In this document: piece after piece, positions 13,690 through 24,158 of the stretch
Layout: each line of letters opens with the position of its first letter
How positions within the stretch are numbered: the first letter of the stretch is position 1
NCBI GenBank assembly: GCA_030167865.1
Contig: JALAGF010000918.1
Coordinates: 1-51,664 of the forward strand
DNA from: Craspedostauros australis
Lineage: Eukaryota
DNA length: 51,664 bases
Direction: 5' to 3'
Translations under genes and position numbers: made by a program
Notes under the pieces: model-generated
Told to the model about the DNA's origin: nothing
What the model saw: only the letters and a program-made list of their open reading frames with translations
Databases searched by the model: none

Positions 13690-16500
13690 CTAGTCCTCAT
13701 CGTCGTCCTCGTCAAAGACGGCCATGTCCATGTCCTGGAAGCTGTTGGCGAAAAAGAGCGAGGGTGCCGCCGGTGTTGCGTCTTCTTTCATTTCCGCTTC
13801 GGCGTCATTTTCTTTGGCCGTCGACATGGCTGAGGATTGGTCATTCTGGTCAATGCCGTTGCCGTTGTCTTCTCCCCCACGTTCGTTCACATCAGCAGTC
13901 GCCATTCTGTGGTGCTCGAGCTGATCTCCTTGGTGATCAATGTCAGATCGATCGCGCAGATTACCAATGCTCTCGTTGTGATCATTATTCCCATTCATAT
14001 TCTTATTGCCGTCATCATAAGCATCGTCGTCTTCATCGTCGTCGTCGTCGTCGTCATAGAGAGCGTCGATGGCATCATCGTCGACGCTGTTCCAAAAGCT
14101 GTTGGATGACGCCTTGACCTGCTTGTTGTGCTGGGTGCCTGATGCCGCATGTGAGGCGTCAACAGAATCCTCGCTCGCTGCCAAGGACAAGTCATGCCCC
14201 TGGCTTTGGCGTCCATCGGGTAGACTTGCGTGGCTTGCATTTGCGTTTGAGTTCGCATTTGTATGCTCTTGTGTCGATTTGGGGTTCAGAGAGGTGTTGC
14301 CAACTGCGGCATCTGATGGCTTCGGGGCCTCACCATCGTCGACATCTCTTCCTGTCTGTGTTGACGTTTGGTTTGGCGTTGCGTCGAAAACTTTTTGCGT
14401 GCCTCCTCCATCAACAACATTGGCATCTGTCGTGGCTGGGAACGTCTCCCCGTCTCGCGGCATCACAGTTTGCCTTTCAGCAGCGCTCTTGGTAGATGCT
14501 GCATGCTGGGAAGGCTGCGAACGTTGTGCATTCGCAAATTGCGAAAACCTGCCCGCGACCGTGGAGTTGGTGTTGGCACTGGCACGTTGTGGTGCACCGT
14601 TGGTTCGATTGCCATCTTTCTTGGATTCCTGGGATGAGTCGAATTCGAGCTGTCGGCAGACTGAATCTTGCTGTGATAGCAGCTCGTTGTCTGTGCGTTG
14701 GACTCTGTCACCGTTGCGTGGCCCATGCTGGTCGTCGTCGGCTGTGCCAGAAGCCGAATTGTCAGATTGCTGACCTGCGCCTCTATTCTGTGGTCCGACC
14801 AGCGTTTGCGATCGAGCCACTGCAGACTCCCGACCATCTCCTTGCGCTGGTGCTGCTGGTCCGGATTGGCTATAGGAATTGAATGGTCTTTGTAAGGGTC
14901 CTTGGGCTGTGTTGTGGCATCCTCTATTTCCGTTCTGAGAACTACTTGTCCTCTGATGGTGTGTCTGTGCATTTGCCTCTGGCTGTGCCTGGGGTGGCTG
15001 TTGTGATTGACCAGTTCGTTGCGCTATGCCTTCGCGCTGCGGAACGTTGGCCGCTTCATGGGGAAGAACTCGCGGCCGTGATGGTGATGGTGATTGCGAT
15101 TGGGAATGTCTTGGCGATTGCGACTGAGATTGTTGCTGTGGTTGTGACTGGGACTGCGATGGGAAGTGGCAGCCAGATTGGCTCAATGAACTGGGCACAG
15201 TGGCGTGAGATCGCTGAGATCGGATCTGCCTCGTGATCGTGTTGGGAAATCCATCATCACGAACGCTCGTTACATCCACTTCATTTTGCAACTGAGCCTC
15301 ACCAACTTGAGAGTGACTGGCAGCGGCAGTGGTAGCGGGTGCTTCTGTGTCATTTTGATCGTGGCGCCCGTTTGCTTCGGATGCGGATCCGGCATCGGAA
15401 TCAGATTGGGAGTCACCACTGTCGCTACGATCAGAACCATCCTGGTCACCTTGCGTGGAAACATTGAAGGTTTCTCCGCCATCCTGCGTTCCATCCATCA
15501 GAGCAGGGTCGACGCGAATCGCTTTCCGACGTCTCATCCACTGCCAGAAGTCATTGTTTTGGTGCGTCCCAGGTGAGAGCTGCGACATGGTGGAATCATT
15601 GAGGTTGGAGTGGTTCTGCGAACCAGGCGTGTTCTGATGCTTCTCCTGATGCACCGAGGATGTCTGCTCCGGCGTCCAAACCTGCACAACGCTGTCATGC
15701 GAAATGAGGAGCATCCGCTCCAGGAGCTCTTCTTTCTCGTTGGGCACGATCATGATGGGCACGTCCTTGAGCATCCACACAACGCCCTGCCGGATGATGT
15801 TCTGATCGGGCGGGACCTGCAACTGCGACCGGACGAATGCGGGCTCTATCCAGGCTTGGATGGGGAATCCAGAATCATCCTGCAATTGAACGGTCCAGAT
15901 GTTCGTCTGGGTCTGCACGGAGCGGATCAACACTGGCAACTTGACTCCATCCCTCAACCTGAAGTCGTGCTGACCCCGTGCCACCTCCCAAATCATTGCG
16001 TAGTGCTTCTGAAGGTACGGTCGCAGTATCCTGTACCGCTTGGAAGCAGCCCGTGCCGTATTCCACGTCGGCGGGAGGTACGGTGTGACGATATCGAGCG
16101 AGAGTTGCATGGACGACCATGCAGGCGAGAACGAGACGTCTTCGCCAGGCGACCCCTTCGTTCCTGCGTGGTCGTCATCGTCCTGGTCTTGGTCTTGGTT
16201 CAGCTGTTGTTGCAGGATCTGTGATGAACCCATGGACGATGAAGATGCGCCTTCTGCGCCATTGGAGTTGACGTCCTGGCTGCTGCCGCTTCGGTTGCCC
16301 GTTCCTCCAGACACTGACTGACGTTTGCGACTGGACCCAGTGCTTCTGCCCGCCAGGGGCGTGTTCGTTGACTGCAGCTGCTGGTGACTCTGAAACCACA
16401 GCCCGCAAGGACCTGGCGGTAGATGCCGCTTGCGGTGGTTCTTGGCTGTCCTCATCTCTGCTTCTTGGTATGGTATCAGACACGTGTGTTTCTCGATCAT
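13690..16500 (-). CDS. Probable HROB/MCM8IP-like OB-fold protein with a long disordered Q/S/D-rich C-terminus
   Basis: Single 936-aa ORF. PPGPCG, then SFSPAWSSM and KLPVLIRSV..VQLQDDSGFPIQAWI..IRQGVVWMLKDV..LLISHDSVVQVW, recall the PGPAG motif and DUF4539 OB fold of HROB (by eye). Confidence 0.65.
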   Translation of the reverse strand: MIEKHTCLIPYQEAEMRTAKNHRKRHLPPGPCGLWFQSHQQLQSTNTPLAGRSTGSSRKRQSVSGGTGNRSGSSQDVNSNGAEGASSSSMGSSQILQQQLNQDQDQDDDDHAGTKGSPGEDVSFSPAWSSMQLSLDIVTPYLPPTWNTARAASKRYRILRPYLQKHYAMIWEVARGQHDFRLRDGVKLPVLIRSVQTQTNIWTVQLQDDSGFPIQAWIEPAFVRSQLQVPPDQNIIRQGVVWMLKDVPIMIVPNEKEELLERMLLISHDSVVQVWTPEQTSSVHQEKHQNTPGSQNHSNLNDSTMSQLSPGTHQNNDFWQWMRRRKAIRVDPALMDGTQDGGETFNVSTQGDQDGSDRSDSGDSQSDSDAGSASEANGRHDQNDTEAPATTAAASHSQVGEAQLQNEVDVTSVRDDGFPNTITRQIRSQRSHATVPSSLSQSGCHFPSQSQSQPQQQSQSQSPRHSQSQSPSPSRPRVLPHEAANVPQREGIAQRTGQSQQPPQAQPEANAQTHHQRTSSSQNGNRGCHNTAQGPLQRPFNSYSQSGPAAPAQGDGRESAVARSQTLVGPQNRGAGQQSDNSASGTADDDQHGPRNGDRVQRTDNELLSQQDSVCRQLEFDSSQESKKDGNRTNGAPQRASANTNSTVAGRFSQFANAQRSQPSQHAASTKSAAERQTVMPRDGETFPATTDANVVDGGGTQKVFDATPNQTSTQTGRDVDDGEAPKPSDAAVGNTSLNPKSTQEHTNANSNANASHASLPDGRQSQGHDLSLAASEDSVDASHAASGTQHNKQVKASSNSFWNSVDDDAIDALYDDDDDDDEDDDAYDDGNKNMNGNNDHNESIGNLRDRSDIDHQGDQLEHHRMATADVNERGGEDNGNGIDQNDQSSAMSTAKENDAEAEMKEDATPAAPSLFFANSFQDMDMAVFDEDDDED

Positions 16501-17170
16501 TTCGTGCCGCGATTTATCTCTCTCTCTCCATCAGTTCATCAAGACTACCTCCTTCGCTCGCTGCCAAACATGCACTACTCCATAGAATACCACTGCCTCT
16601 GACTGCAGACCCTCACCACACCGCTTTGGAAGAGTTGAAGGTCGTGATGTGTTCCGCATGTTCGGGCGAGTGGAAGCGAAAGTGTGTTGTGCGGACGAGG
16701 TGGAAGGTGGCATTTCTCGCCACCTTTCGTGTGCACCAACACGCCTCTTCGAATGGTGTGTGTTCAGTGATGTTGTTGTCTTGGATGGAAATTTGGGTTT
16801 GTCAGTTGCAGTCCGTTGAATCCATCGTGCCGATTGTCACATGGAGTCGTGTCTTAGTCTTGTTTGAACATTCAAAAAGAAGACCGAGGAAGTCTTTGGA
16901 CCATTTCGCCTGTCCGCAGCGCATGTCCTTCGCACGTTATCCACGTCTGACACAACTAATCGGAGCGATGACGATGAGAACGCTGACGATGGCGAGGATG
17001 ATGATGACGAGAATCAAGAAAATGAGACAGATCAGCGGAGATGCCGATCATCGTGCGTTCTTGTGCGATGCTTCTTCCACACACAGACGAAGCAAGCATC
17101 CCAGCCATGCTCGTTGGTTGCACTGTTGTTGCCATACAAGGAGAAGCAACTGAAAAGAGACGGGTGCAAG

Positions 17171-18364
17171 ATGAGATCGATTGCCAGCAAGATCACCTTG
17201 GCGTTGGCTGCCGTGTGCTCGCAGCTGCACAGCGCCGATGCGTACACCTACACTCCACCGGCATTTCCCAAGGTCTCACCAGCAACCAACCTGCCGAATC
17301 AGAAGTACAGCTGGAAGAACCAGCAGATCCGATACCAGAAGTCGGGCCCTCGCGGTGGGAAAGCGGCAGTCCTGGTGCATGGCCTCTTCGTCAACAGCGA
17401 TCACTGGCGCAAAACGATCAAAGGCCTGGCGGAGGAGGGTTACGAGGTATTCGCCCTGGACCTGTTCGGCTATGGATACTCCTCTAAACCACCGTTCGAT
17501 TCTGCCGAGGCGCAGGCCGTCAACGGAGAGAATGGCCGGGAACCAGATATCCTGCCAAACATCGAACTGGGCACAGCCAACGGCAAGAACACCAGGGTGC
17601 GAGACATCGAGCTGAAGCATCCGGTGGGAAGTCCGTACAACTTCTTCACGTGGAGCGAACTCATCACGGACTTCTGCAAGGATATCGTCAAGAAGAAGGA
17701 CATCACGTTGGTCTCCAACTCGATCGGGACGAGCTCGGTGCTGCAGGCTGTCATGGACACGCCCGATCTGTACACCGGCATTTGCATTGTCACGCCCAAC
17801 TTTCGGGAATTGCACAGTGCCGAAATCGCATTCCCGTCCATTTCCATGCCAGTCGTGCGGACCATCCAAAAGGCATTGCGCGAGAACGGCCAGCCATTGT
17901 TCGAGGCCTTGGCGACGCCATCCACCGTGGCACAGATCCTGAAGGAACCGTACAAGAGACAGGAGGCGATCGATGACACGTTGGTCGCAGTGCTGCTGGA
18001 TCCGCTGCTGTTGGACGGTGCCAGCAACGTCGTCTTCGACACCCTGTCCTACAGCGCCGGTCCGCTCCCAGAGCAGCAGCTTGCCATGTTCCCGGAGAAC
18101 AAACCCGTTTGGATATGCTACGGCAAGGATGATCCTTGGACGCCGTCGCGGCGTGTGGATGCGCTGATCCAGAAGCCAGCGGTGCAACAGGTGGTTGGAT
18201 TTGATGGCGTCGGCCATTGCCCTCATGACGAAGCACCGGAGCTGGTCAATCCGTTCGTGTTGGAGTTTTTGGAGCACGTCCATGCGAAATCCAACAAGGC
18301 ATCGCCATCGAAGGCAGCCTCGGGAAATTCGTTCGCATCCATCCTGGACGGCATCTTCAAATAG
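17171..18364 (+). CDS. Plastid-targeted alpha/beta hydrolase (pheophytinase-like esterase family)
   Basis: Start caagATG at 17171, signal peptide ending ADA-Y. Motifs VLVHGLFVNSDHWRK, ALDLFGYGYS, nucleophile SNSIG, acid GKDDPW, His GHCPHDEAPE. Confidence 0.88.
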   Translation: MRSIASKITLALAAVCSQLHSADAYTYTPPAFPKVSPATNLPNQKYSWKNQQIRYQKSGPRGGKAAVLVHGLFVNSDHWRKTIKGLAEEGYEVFALDLFGYGYSSKPPFDSAEAQAVNGENGREPDILPNIELGTANGKNTRVRDIELKHPVGSPYNFFTWSELITDFCKDIVKKKDITLVSNSIGTSSVLQAVMDTPDLYTGICIVTPNFRELHSAEIAFPSISMPVVRTIQKALRENGQPLFEALATPSTVAQILKEPYKRQEAIDDTLVAVLLDPLLLDGASNVVFDTLSYSAGPLPEQQLAMFPENKPVWICYGKDDPWTPSRRVDALIQKPAVQQVVGFDGVGHCPHDEAPELVNPFVLEFLEHVHAKSNKASPSKAASGNSFASILDGIFK

Positions 18365-18665
18365 AACACTGTATCAACATCGGAGGCAGATGCGGCTGTC
18401 GTGGCATACACGCCGACAAACATACAAAAAAGTGCGGGATCTCTACGAGTTGTACTTTGAGTGGAAACTAATACTCTATCTGATGTAACGTACTCGAATG
18501 TACTTGTACCCACGTCGACACATGATTGTGCTCTGCTCGTGCGCCTGTGATGATCACTCCCTGTGCTCTGGACGACCAGCACCACAGTCTTTGGCGGATA
18601 GTCTTTCGAGTTGTTCCAGAGGCGTCCACAATTTTTCACAGTTCTTTGCACATAACAGCCAAGCC

Positions 18666-19100
18666 TTACCGACGGCAGCACGCCCTTGGATAGTCGTTGA
18701 TTGACGATACGAATGCTTCTACAAGGACGTAAACAAACATAATCTGGAAGCAGATTACCAGCAACAGCAGACCTGGCTTGACTATGAATCTGCCAATAAA
18801 TTCGCCAGCATGATAGAATGCACTTTCTGTTTCTCTGCTTTCTTTCAGTGGTTGGGTTTGATGGTCGGCGTTGGTAGACGTGTGGTTACCTGGATTATCC
18901 ACTGGCGGGTTTGCGAATGCCACCCTTGGCGGAGGCAAATGTTGTTTGATGCCCGGCTGTCGTCGGAACGGCGAAAACGCCAGAGTATGTGCCTGTTTGT
19001 GACCAGCGGCAGGCGCGTTGTTATCAGGTGCCGCAGCAGGGACGGCCCCCGCAGCGGCCAGCCATAGCACAGGAAGCATCTTGAACGAAGAGATCTTCAT
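18666..19100 (-). CDS. Hypothetical small membrane protein (signal peptide plus C-terminal TM)
   Basis: 144-aa ORF with an aaagATG start, hydrophobic N-terminus (MLPVLWLAAAGAVPA) and C-terminal hydrophobic helix (LLLLVICFQIMFVYVLVEAFV). No recognisable family. Confidence 0.4.
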   Translation of the reverse strand: MKISSFKMLPVLWLAAAGAVPAAAPDNNAPAAGHKQAHTLAFSPFRRQPGIKQHLPPPRVAFANPPVDNPGNHTSTNADHQTQPLKESRETESAFYHAGEFIGRFIVKPGLLLLVICFQIMFVYVLVEAFVSSINDYPRACCRR

Positions 19101-19860
19101 CTTTCTTGTCTTGATTACAGTATCGATTCATGGGACAGCAACTCGTTTGGTAGGTTGATGTTGACAGCTGTGATGGTAGTAGAGTAGAATACGACGAGTA
19201 CGTATGGTATGTACTCGCTGGGAAGTGTCGGTTGTCGTTCATTAACTTTCGGGTTTTGTGGTGAGGATCTGTTGTTGTCCATTTGTATCGTGTTTCAACA
19301 CGATGCATGTGATGAGTATTGCCGTACTGGTACTAGTATGGTGCGATAAGAGGACTACGGGTATGCACGAACGTGTGGAAGATGTTGCGAATGAATTTGA
19401 TGAGTGGCTTGAATGGTGGCGTGCGCATCGATCCATGATCGTCACCACCATGGCAGTCCATTGCTCGTGCTTGGTGTTCGATTTCCGGAATGCGATTTCA
19501 TTTTGTGAGGACAACCTGAATCCTCGATTTGGGCCAAACCGACCGAAACAGAATTCCCATGGAGGTTGCCCCTCCTCGTATCCATTGCAATAGATACGTG
19601 TCACACTTTGGTTTCGAAAAGGAGTCTGTGAACACAGGCACACCATCGCACATCGAACATATAGCATGGTACTCACCATGCGACGCAGGTTGGAGTATTC
19701 GAGGCATTCGTAACATTCAGGCGCGCTCCGAAAACTAAGTCATGGCAGTGCCGGGGGTAATATTTGACATTCTGAAGAACACACCATTGTCCACAATGAT
19801 GGTCAGGTCTACTCGGCTGTGCAGACACGTACGAATACTGCTGCACTCAATCTCACAGCC

Positions 19861-21045
19861 TCATTTTCGTCGTTCCTTGTTGATGACGAGACCGCGACGC
19901 ACAAGTTCATCCTCCCACTCCTTGTTTTCGTGAATGTCCGCCTCCTTGGTGTTGCCGTGTGCTTCGACGGCAAACTGCCCTTCATGGGGAAGGAGCCCGA
20001 GATTCCTGGCACGCTTGACGAGCTTGGCGATCTTGCGTTGGTCTTTCGCACCCAACCGGGAGTGCATGCGGTTCATGATCTGACCCGTTGGGGTGATGTA
20101 TCGTCGCAGAAGCGACAGGTTGTTGTGGTGGAGCAACTCGCGTGGGATGGTCTTGGCCTTCCTGTTGTTGACGACGCGGGACGGGTTGAGATCTGCCGGG
20201 ATGAGGTCAGCGAACGGGTCGTCCGCGTTCTCATCGTTCATGAACTTCATCGCCTCCGATGACAGCCACTTGGAATTGAGGTATTCGTTGTCCGCGTACC
20301 CGCCCAACCGAGACTGACCCTGGAAAGCGTCGGACGTGGTTCTTGCGGTTGTTTCGACCGGGATGTCGCCGTCCTCGACATCGACGTCGTACTCGTCCTG
20401 CATGTGCTGCTGGAAGACCTTGAACTCCTCCGGGCTGAGGGGTTTGGAGAACTGGGACTTGTCGCTGTGCCCGGGCTCGCCGCCATCCAGAACGCTCCTG
20501 GTGGACAGCGCATCGGGACTTCTGCCCAACACGTTGGTCCCGATGCTGTCATCGCGGATGCGGCTGCCCAGATCGACCGCCTTGTCGGAGACGGCGCCCG
20601 CGGTTGCCTCCGTGTGATTCCAGCTCTCGTTGAGACGCTCTGCCAGGTACTCCTGCTCTTGGATTGGGTCCATCTTGAGCATGCCCTGTTCTTCCCTGGT
20701 CAGCTCGCGCTCCTTCTCACCCGTGAACTTGCCCGTGACTGCGTCTCGCTTGTACTTCGGCGGCATGGTCGTTCCCAACCGTCCGTGGTCGTCACCATCT
20801 TCGAAGTTCACACCGAACGGATCATCGTCACCGTGTTTCTTTTTGTCCACAGTGTCGCTGCCGCCATCGCTTCTGCTGCCATCCTTGCCGCTGAAGAAGC
20901 GCGCTGCGCCATCAGCCATGCGTGGCGAGGATGATGGGCATGAGTATCCGCTCCGCAACGACCGTTGCTGCGGGAACAGACCGCCTCGTTGGAGGCTGCG
21001 CTGGCAGATCCTCAGCGATGAGACCGCCAGTCGCTGCGATGCCAT
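19861..21045 (-). CDS. Mitochondrial ribosomal protein bS18 with long N-terminal extension
   Basis: Start caagATG at 21045 with an Arg/Ser-rich presequence (MASQRLAVSSLR..ARFFS). C-terminal S18 core HHNNLSLLRRYITPTGQIMNRMHSRLGAKDQRKIAKLVKRARNLGLLP. Confidence 0.85.
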   Translation of the reverse strand: MASQRLAVSSLRICQRSLQRGGLFPQQRSLRSGYSCPSSSPRMADGAARFFSGKDGSRSDGGSDTVDKKKHGDDDPFGVNFEDGDDHGRLGTTMPPKYKRDAVTGKFTGEKERELTREEQGMLKMDPIQEQEYLAERLNESWNHTEATAGAVSDKAVDLGSRIRDDSIGTNVLGRSPDALSTRSVLDGGEPGHSDKSQFSKPLSPEEFKVFQQHMQDEYDVDVEDGDIPVETTARTTSDAFQGQSRLGGYADNEYLNSKWLSSEAMKFMNDENADDPFADLIPADLNPSRVVNNRKAKTIPRELLHHNNLSLLRRYITPTGQIMNRMHSRLGAKDQRKIAKLVKRARNLGLLPHEGQFAVEAHGNTKEADIHENKEWEDELVRRGLVINKERRK

Positions 21046-21713
21046 CTTGGTTGCTTTCGTGTGTGAACGGCTTTGATGCAATTGATGGATGGAACGGCTC
21101 TTCGTCCTGTACGTAATGGTCGTACGTATATTCTAATAGTATGGTACAAATGGCCTGGTCGATTGATGATTGATTGATGGGTGTCTGTGCCTGTGTTTGT
21201 GTTGGCTGCTGCGAGTGATGTGTCCTTCGTCTCAGCCGCTTCACACAACTCAGCCAAACAAACAACGCAGATCTTTTTGGCACTCTGTGGAATGATAGAT
21301 TGGGTTATGGGATTATGGGTCTTTGCGTGTTCTGTTGGGGTAGAGCTGCTCTGCGACGATGGAAGAGGTTGATACCGAGGCTATTCGAGTGATGTTACGG
21401 CACAGTGTTTGCTGTGTACATAAAGCACGATGTGTAGTAGCAGAACACTGTGATGTATATTGTATTTTGTAATATTATATTAACTAACTATTCATACTGG
21501 TACGAATATGCATGCCAAGGTCAGTGCTGTACGAGCATTGTGTCGACGTCTGTTGGTGTCGGTACCATGCACACTCCAAAAGTGCGCAATCGACCAGCGC
21601 AACAACCGGCGCAAACGAAGACGGATACGAATACTCTATGCATCGACACTTCCACACTCACGCTCGTTGGCCCATCTGTGCTGTGCATTCCCTGTTTTGT
21701 TTGCTTGTTTGGT

Positions 21714-24158
21714 TTATTTCTTGCTCGCGACGTGAGCAATGATTTGCTCGTTCGACATTTCGGGCGGCAGATGGGACAGCATCTCCTGGTGCATGGCGCA
21801 GCTCGTTGCATCGCCATGGGACCAATGGTACGTCGTTAGGAAGACGAGGAGGTGCATGGCCAGGATGTAAAAGAAGAGGAAGGTGCGCATCTCCTTGGAC
21901 CCGAGGAAGGTCTTGGCCACGACGAACACGGTGCGTTCCATCGCGGACATCTCCTGGACCTTGCGCTGACGTTCGGCACGGCTGAATTGGCGGAATGGAT
22001 CGACGGAGGCTTCGTACCGTTGCTCTAGCGCCTCGAGGTCCAGATCCCGGTCCTTTGGCATGGATCGTGCGCGCGCGGCGACGGCACCGGATGATCCGTT
22101 GCTGCTGTTGTAGCTTTGCAGGTACCTCATCTTTTCAAACAGCTTGGTGTTGTCCGCCTTCAGCGATTCGGCTGATTGGACTTGAGTCTGCAGCTCGCGC
22201 TTGAAGCTGTCGCGTTCTGCCTCCAGCGCATCGCAGCGCACGCGAAGACGATCACGCTGCGCCATGATGATGGTGGCGACGGAGTGATCGTCCTGGGTCT
22301 TGTCAGCACTTGATCTGCTGCCATTGGCGGATGCCCCCTGTGCTGATGACGACGATGATGATTGCCTGGTGCCATTCGCGTTTGCGGGAAGCGGCGGTGG
22401 CGGCGGGGCAGTTGGGTCCAAGACACTTTGCAAGATTGCACCGTTATCTTGGACAGTCACGGGCGGTGCGTTGGATGTGCGAGATGACTTCGCCGGTCCA
22501 TTGTCATCTGCTTGCTGCGACGCTGTTGCACGGTCAAGATCGGCCTCAAGGGTCGCGATGAGGTGGTCCGATTCATCCTTCTTCGCCTGCAGTTCCGATA
22601 GCTGCTGCTGAAGAGCCTCCGTCGCCTGCTCCATGTCAGCCTTCTGATTCCGTTCCTTGACGAGATCCGCCTCGACCCGTCGCAATTTCGCCACCAGCAC
22701 CGATTCCAAATCCTGCTCCTCATTGTCGATGCTTCCAGTCAGCACAAGATCATCGCCGTCACCGTCACCATCGGCCTCGAAGTCATCTGCATTGTATTCC
22801 AAGCGCTTGAGGATGCGGAGCTCGCGCTTCATGCTATCCAGCAGCGACTGCGATGGGGCCGCGGCCAGCTTGGCTTCCAACGTTGTCACTGTATCGCTGA
22901 GAGTCGCCTCGTTCTGCTGCAGCTGTTTGATGCTGATCTGCAACGCGGTCTTCTCCTCCTTGATCAGGTCTTCCTTGAGCTGCAATTCTTCACGCAACGA
23001 ATTGGCCGTGTGCGACAACTCGCTTACCTCGGCTTCGTAAGCCTTGCGTTCATTCAGCAGATCCGTCATGCCCATGCCCGCACCGGAAGGTGGGGCGGAT
23101 GACAAACCGCGCGGCCCCGACGACGCGGCGCCACCGTTGTGCGTCATGGTGGCGGCGACCTTGAGACGCAGCTCATCGCGTTCGCGCGCGGCCTCGTGCA
23201 GACGCAGACGCAGGCTCTCCGCATCGTCCACGAGGATCTTGCGCTGCGCCTCCCACGCGGCCTCGCGTTCGCCGGCACCTTCATCGGCCTCCAGCAAATG
23301 CGCCTGGGTCGCGGCACGTCCGGCCACCTCCGCCTTGAGCTGCAGCTCGAGCGAGTGCACCTTGCGTTCCATGGCGGCCTCGCGCTCCAACGCCTCGAGG
23401 GCTCGGCGGCCTTCCGTCTCGATGAGCTCCTGCTTGGCCTTCTCGAACTTGTCCTCGAGCTCGGCCTCGCCGGACTCCTGAATCTGCTCGATGCGCGCCT
23501 CGAGCTTGCGGATGGTGATGTCCTGGTTCTTGAGCGAACGGAATTCAACCTCGTACTCCGCAACCTCGCGACGCAGCTGGATGAGCTCCTCCTTCTCCTG
23601 CTTGGCCAGGCCGCTGGTGCTGGCCGACGCGGCCGCCTGGTTGGCGGTCTTGGCCTTGAGGGCGTCCATGTCCTTGCCCTGGTCATCCACGGCCTTCTGC
23701 AGCGCGCTGATCTGCTTCTTCTGCAAGTTGAGCTGCTCCACGGCAGCAGTGAGGACAGCCGCCGGATCCGGGATCTCCATGAGAGACTGCGTGACGCTGG
23801 AGTGCGCATTCTCGGCGGCCTTGCAGCGGCGCGTGAGGTTGTCCACCTCCTCCTGGTAGGCCCGGATGGTGGTGCGGCAGTCCTTGGACAGGGTCTCGAT
23901 GGACTTGACGGCCGCTGGGATGGTGTCGACGGTCAGCGATGCGCCGCTCTGCTCCACCCCCTTCACGGAACGCTTGAACTTCTTCGTGGTGTCTGCCAGC
24001 TTCTTGCGCGCCGCCACGGAGCTCTCGCGAGCCTCCTTGGTCTTCTTCTCCGTGGATTCCCATTGCGAGCACTTCGCCTTCCAGTCAAAAGAGATCCATC
24101 CCTCGGATGCCACCTGGATCGATGACAGCAGCAGCGCTTCCTGTTGCTGCGAAGTCAT
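21714..24158 (-). CDS. CASP: Golgin CASP (CUX1-CASP / yeast Coy1 family)
   Basis: Start caagATG at 24158. Motifs ARKKLADTTKKFKR, YQEEVDNLTRRCKAAE, LKNQDITIRKLE, QRDRLR..LKADNTKLFEKMRYLQSY, YEASVDPF. C-terminal TM FLFFYILAMHLLVF carries the Tyr/His typical of CASP/golgin-84. Confidence 0.9.
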   Translation of the reverse strand: MTSQQQEALLLSSIQVASEGWISFDWKAKCSQWESTEKKTKEARESSVAARKKLADTTKKFKRSVKGVEQSGASLTVDTIPAAVKSIETLSKDCRTTIRAYQEEVDNLTRRCKAAENAHSSVTQSLMEIPDPAAVLTAAVEQLNLQKKQISALQKAVDDQGKDMDALKAKTANQAAASASTSGLAKQEKEELIQLRREVAEYEVEFRSLKNQDITIRKLEARIEQIQESGEAELEDKFEKAKQELIETEGRRALEALEREAAMERKVHSLELQLKAEVAGRAATQAHLLEADEGAGEREAAWEAQRKILVDDAESLRLRLHEAARERDELRLKVAATMTHNGGAASSGPRGLSSAPPSGAGMGMTDLLNERKAYEAEVSELSHTANSLREELQLKEDLIKEEKTALQISIKQLQQNEATLSDTVTTLEAKLAAAPSQSLLDSMKRELRILKRLEYNADDFEADGDGDGDDLVLTGSIDNEEQDLESVLVAKLRRVEADLVKERNQKADMEQATEALQQQLSELQAKKDESDHLIATLEADLDRATASQQADDNGPAKSSRTSNAPPVTVQDNGAILQSVLDPTAPPPPPLPANANGTRQSSSSSSAQGASANGSRSSADKTQDDHSVATIIMAQRDRLRVRCDALEAERDSFKRELQTQVQSAESLKADNTKLFEKMRYLQSYNSSNGSSGAVAARARSMPKDRDLDLEALEQRYEASVDPFRQFSRAERQRKVQEMSAMERTVFVVAKTFLGSKEMRTFLFFYILAMHLLVFLTTYHWSHGDATSCAMHQEMLSHLPPEMSNEQIIAHVASKK

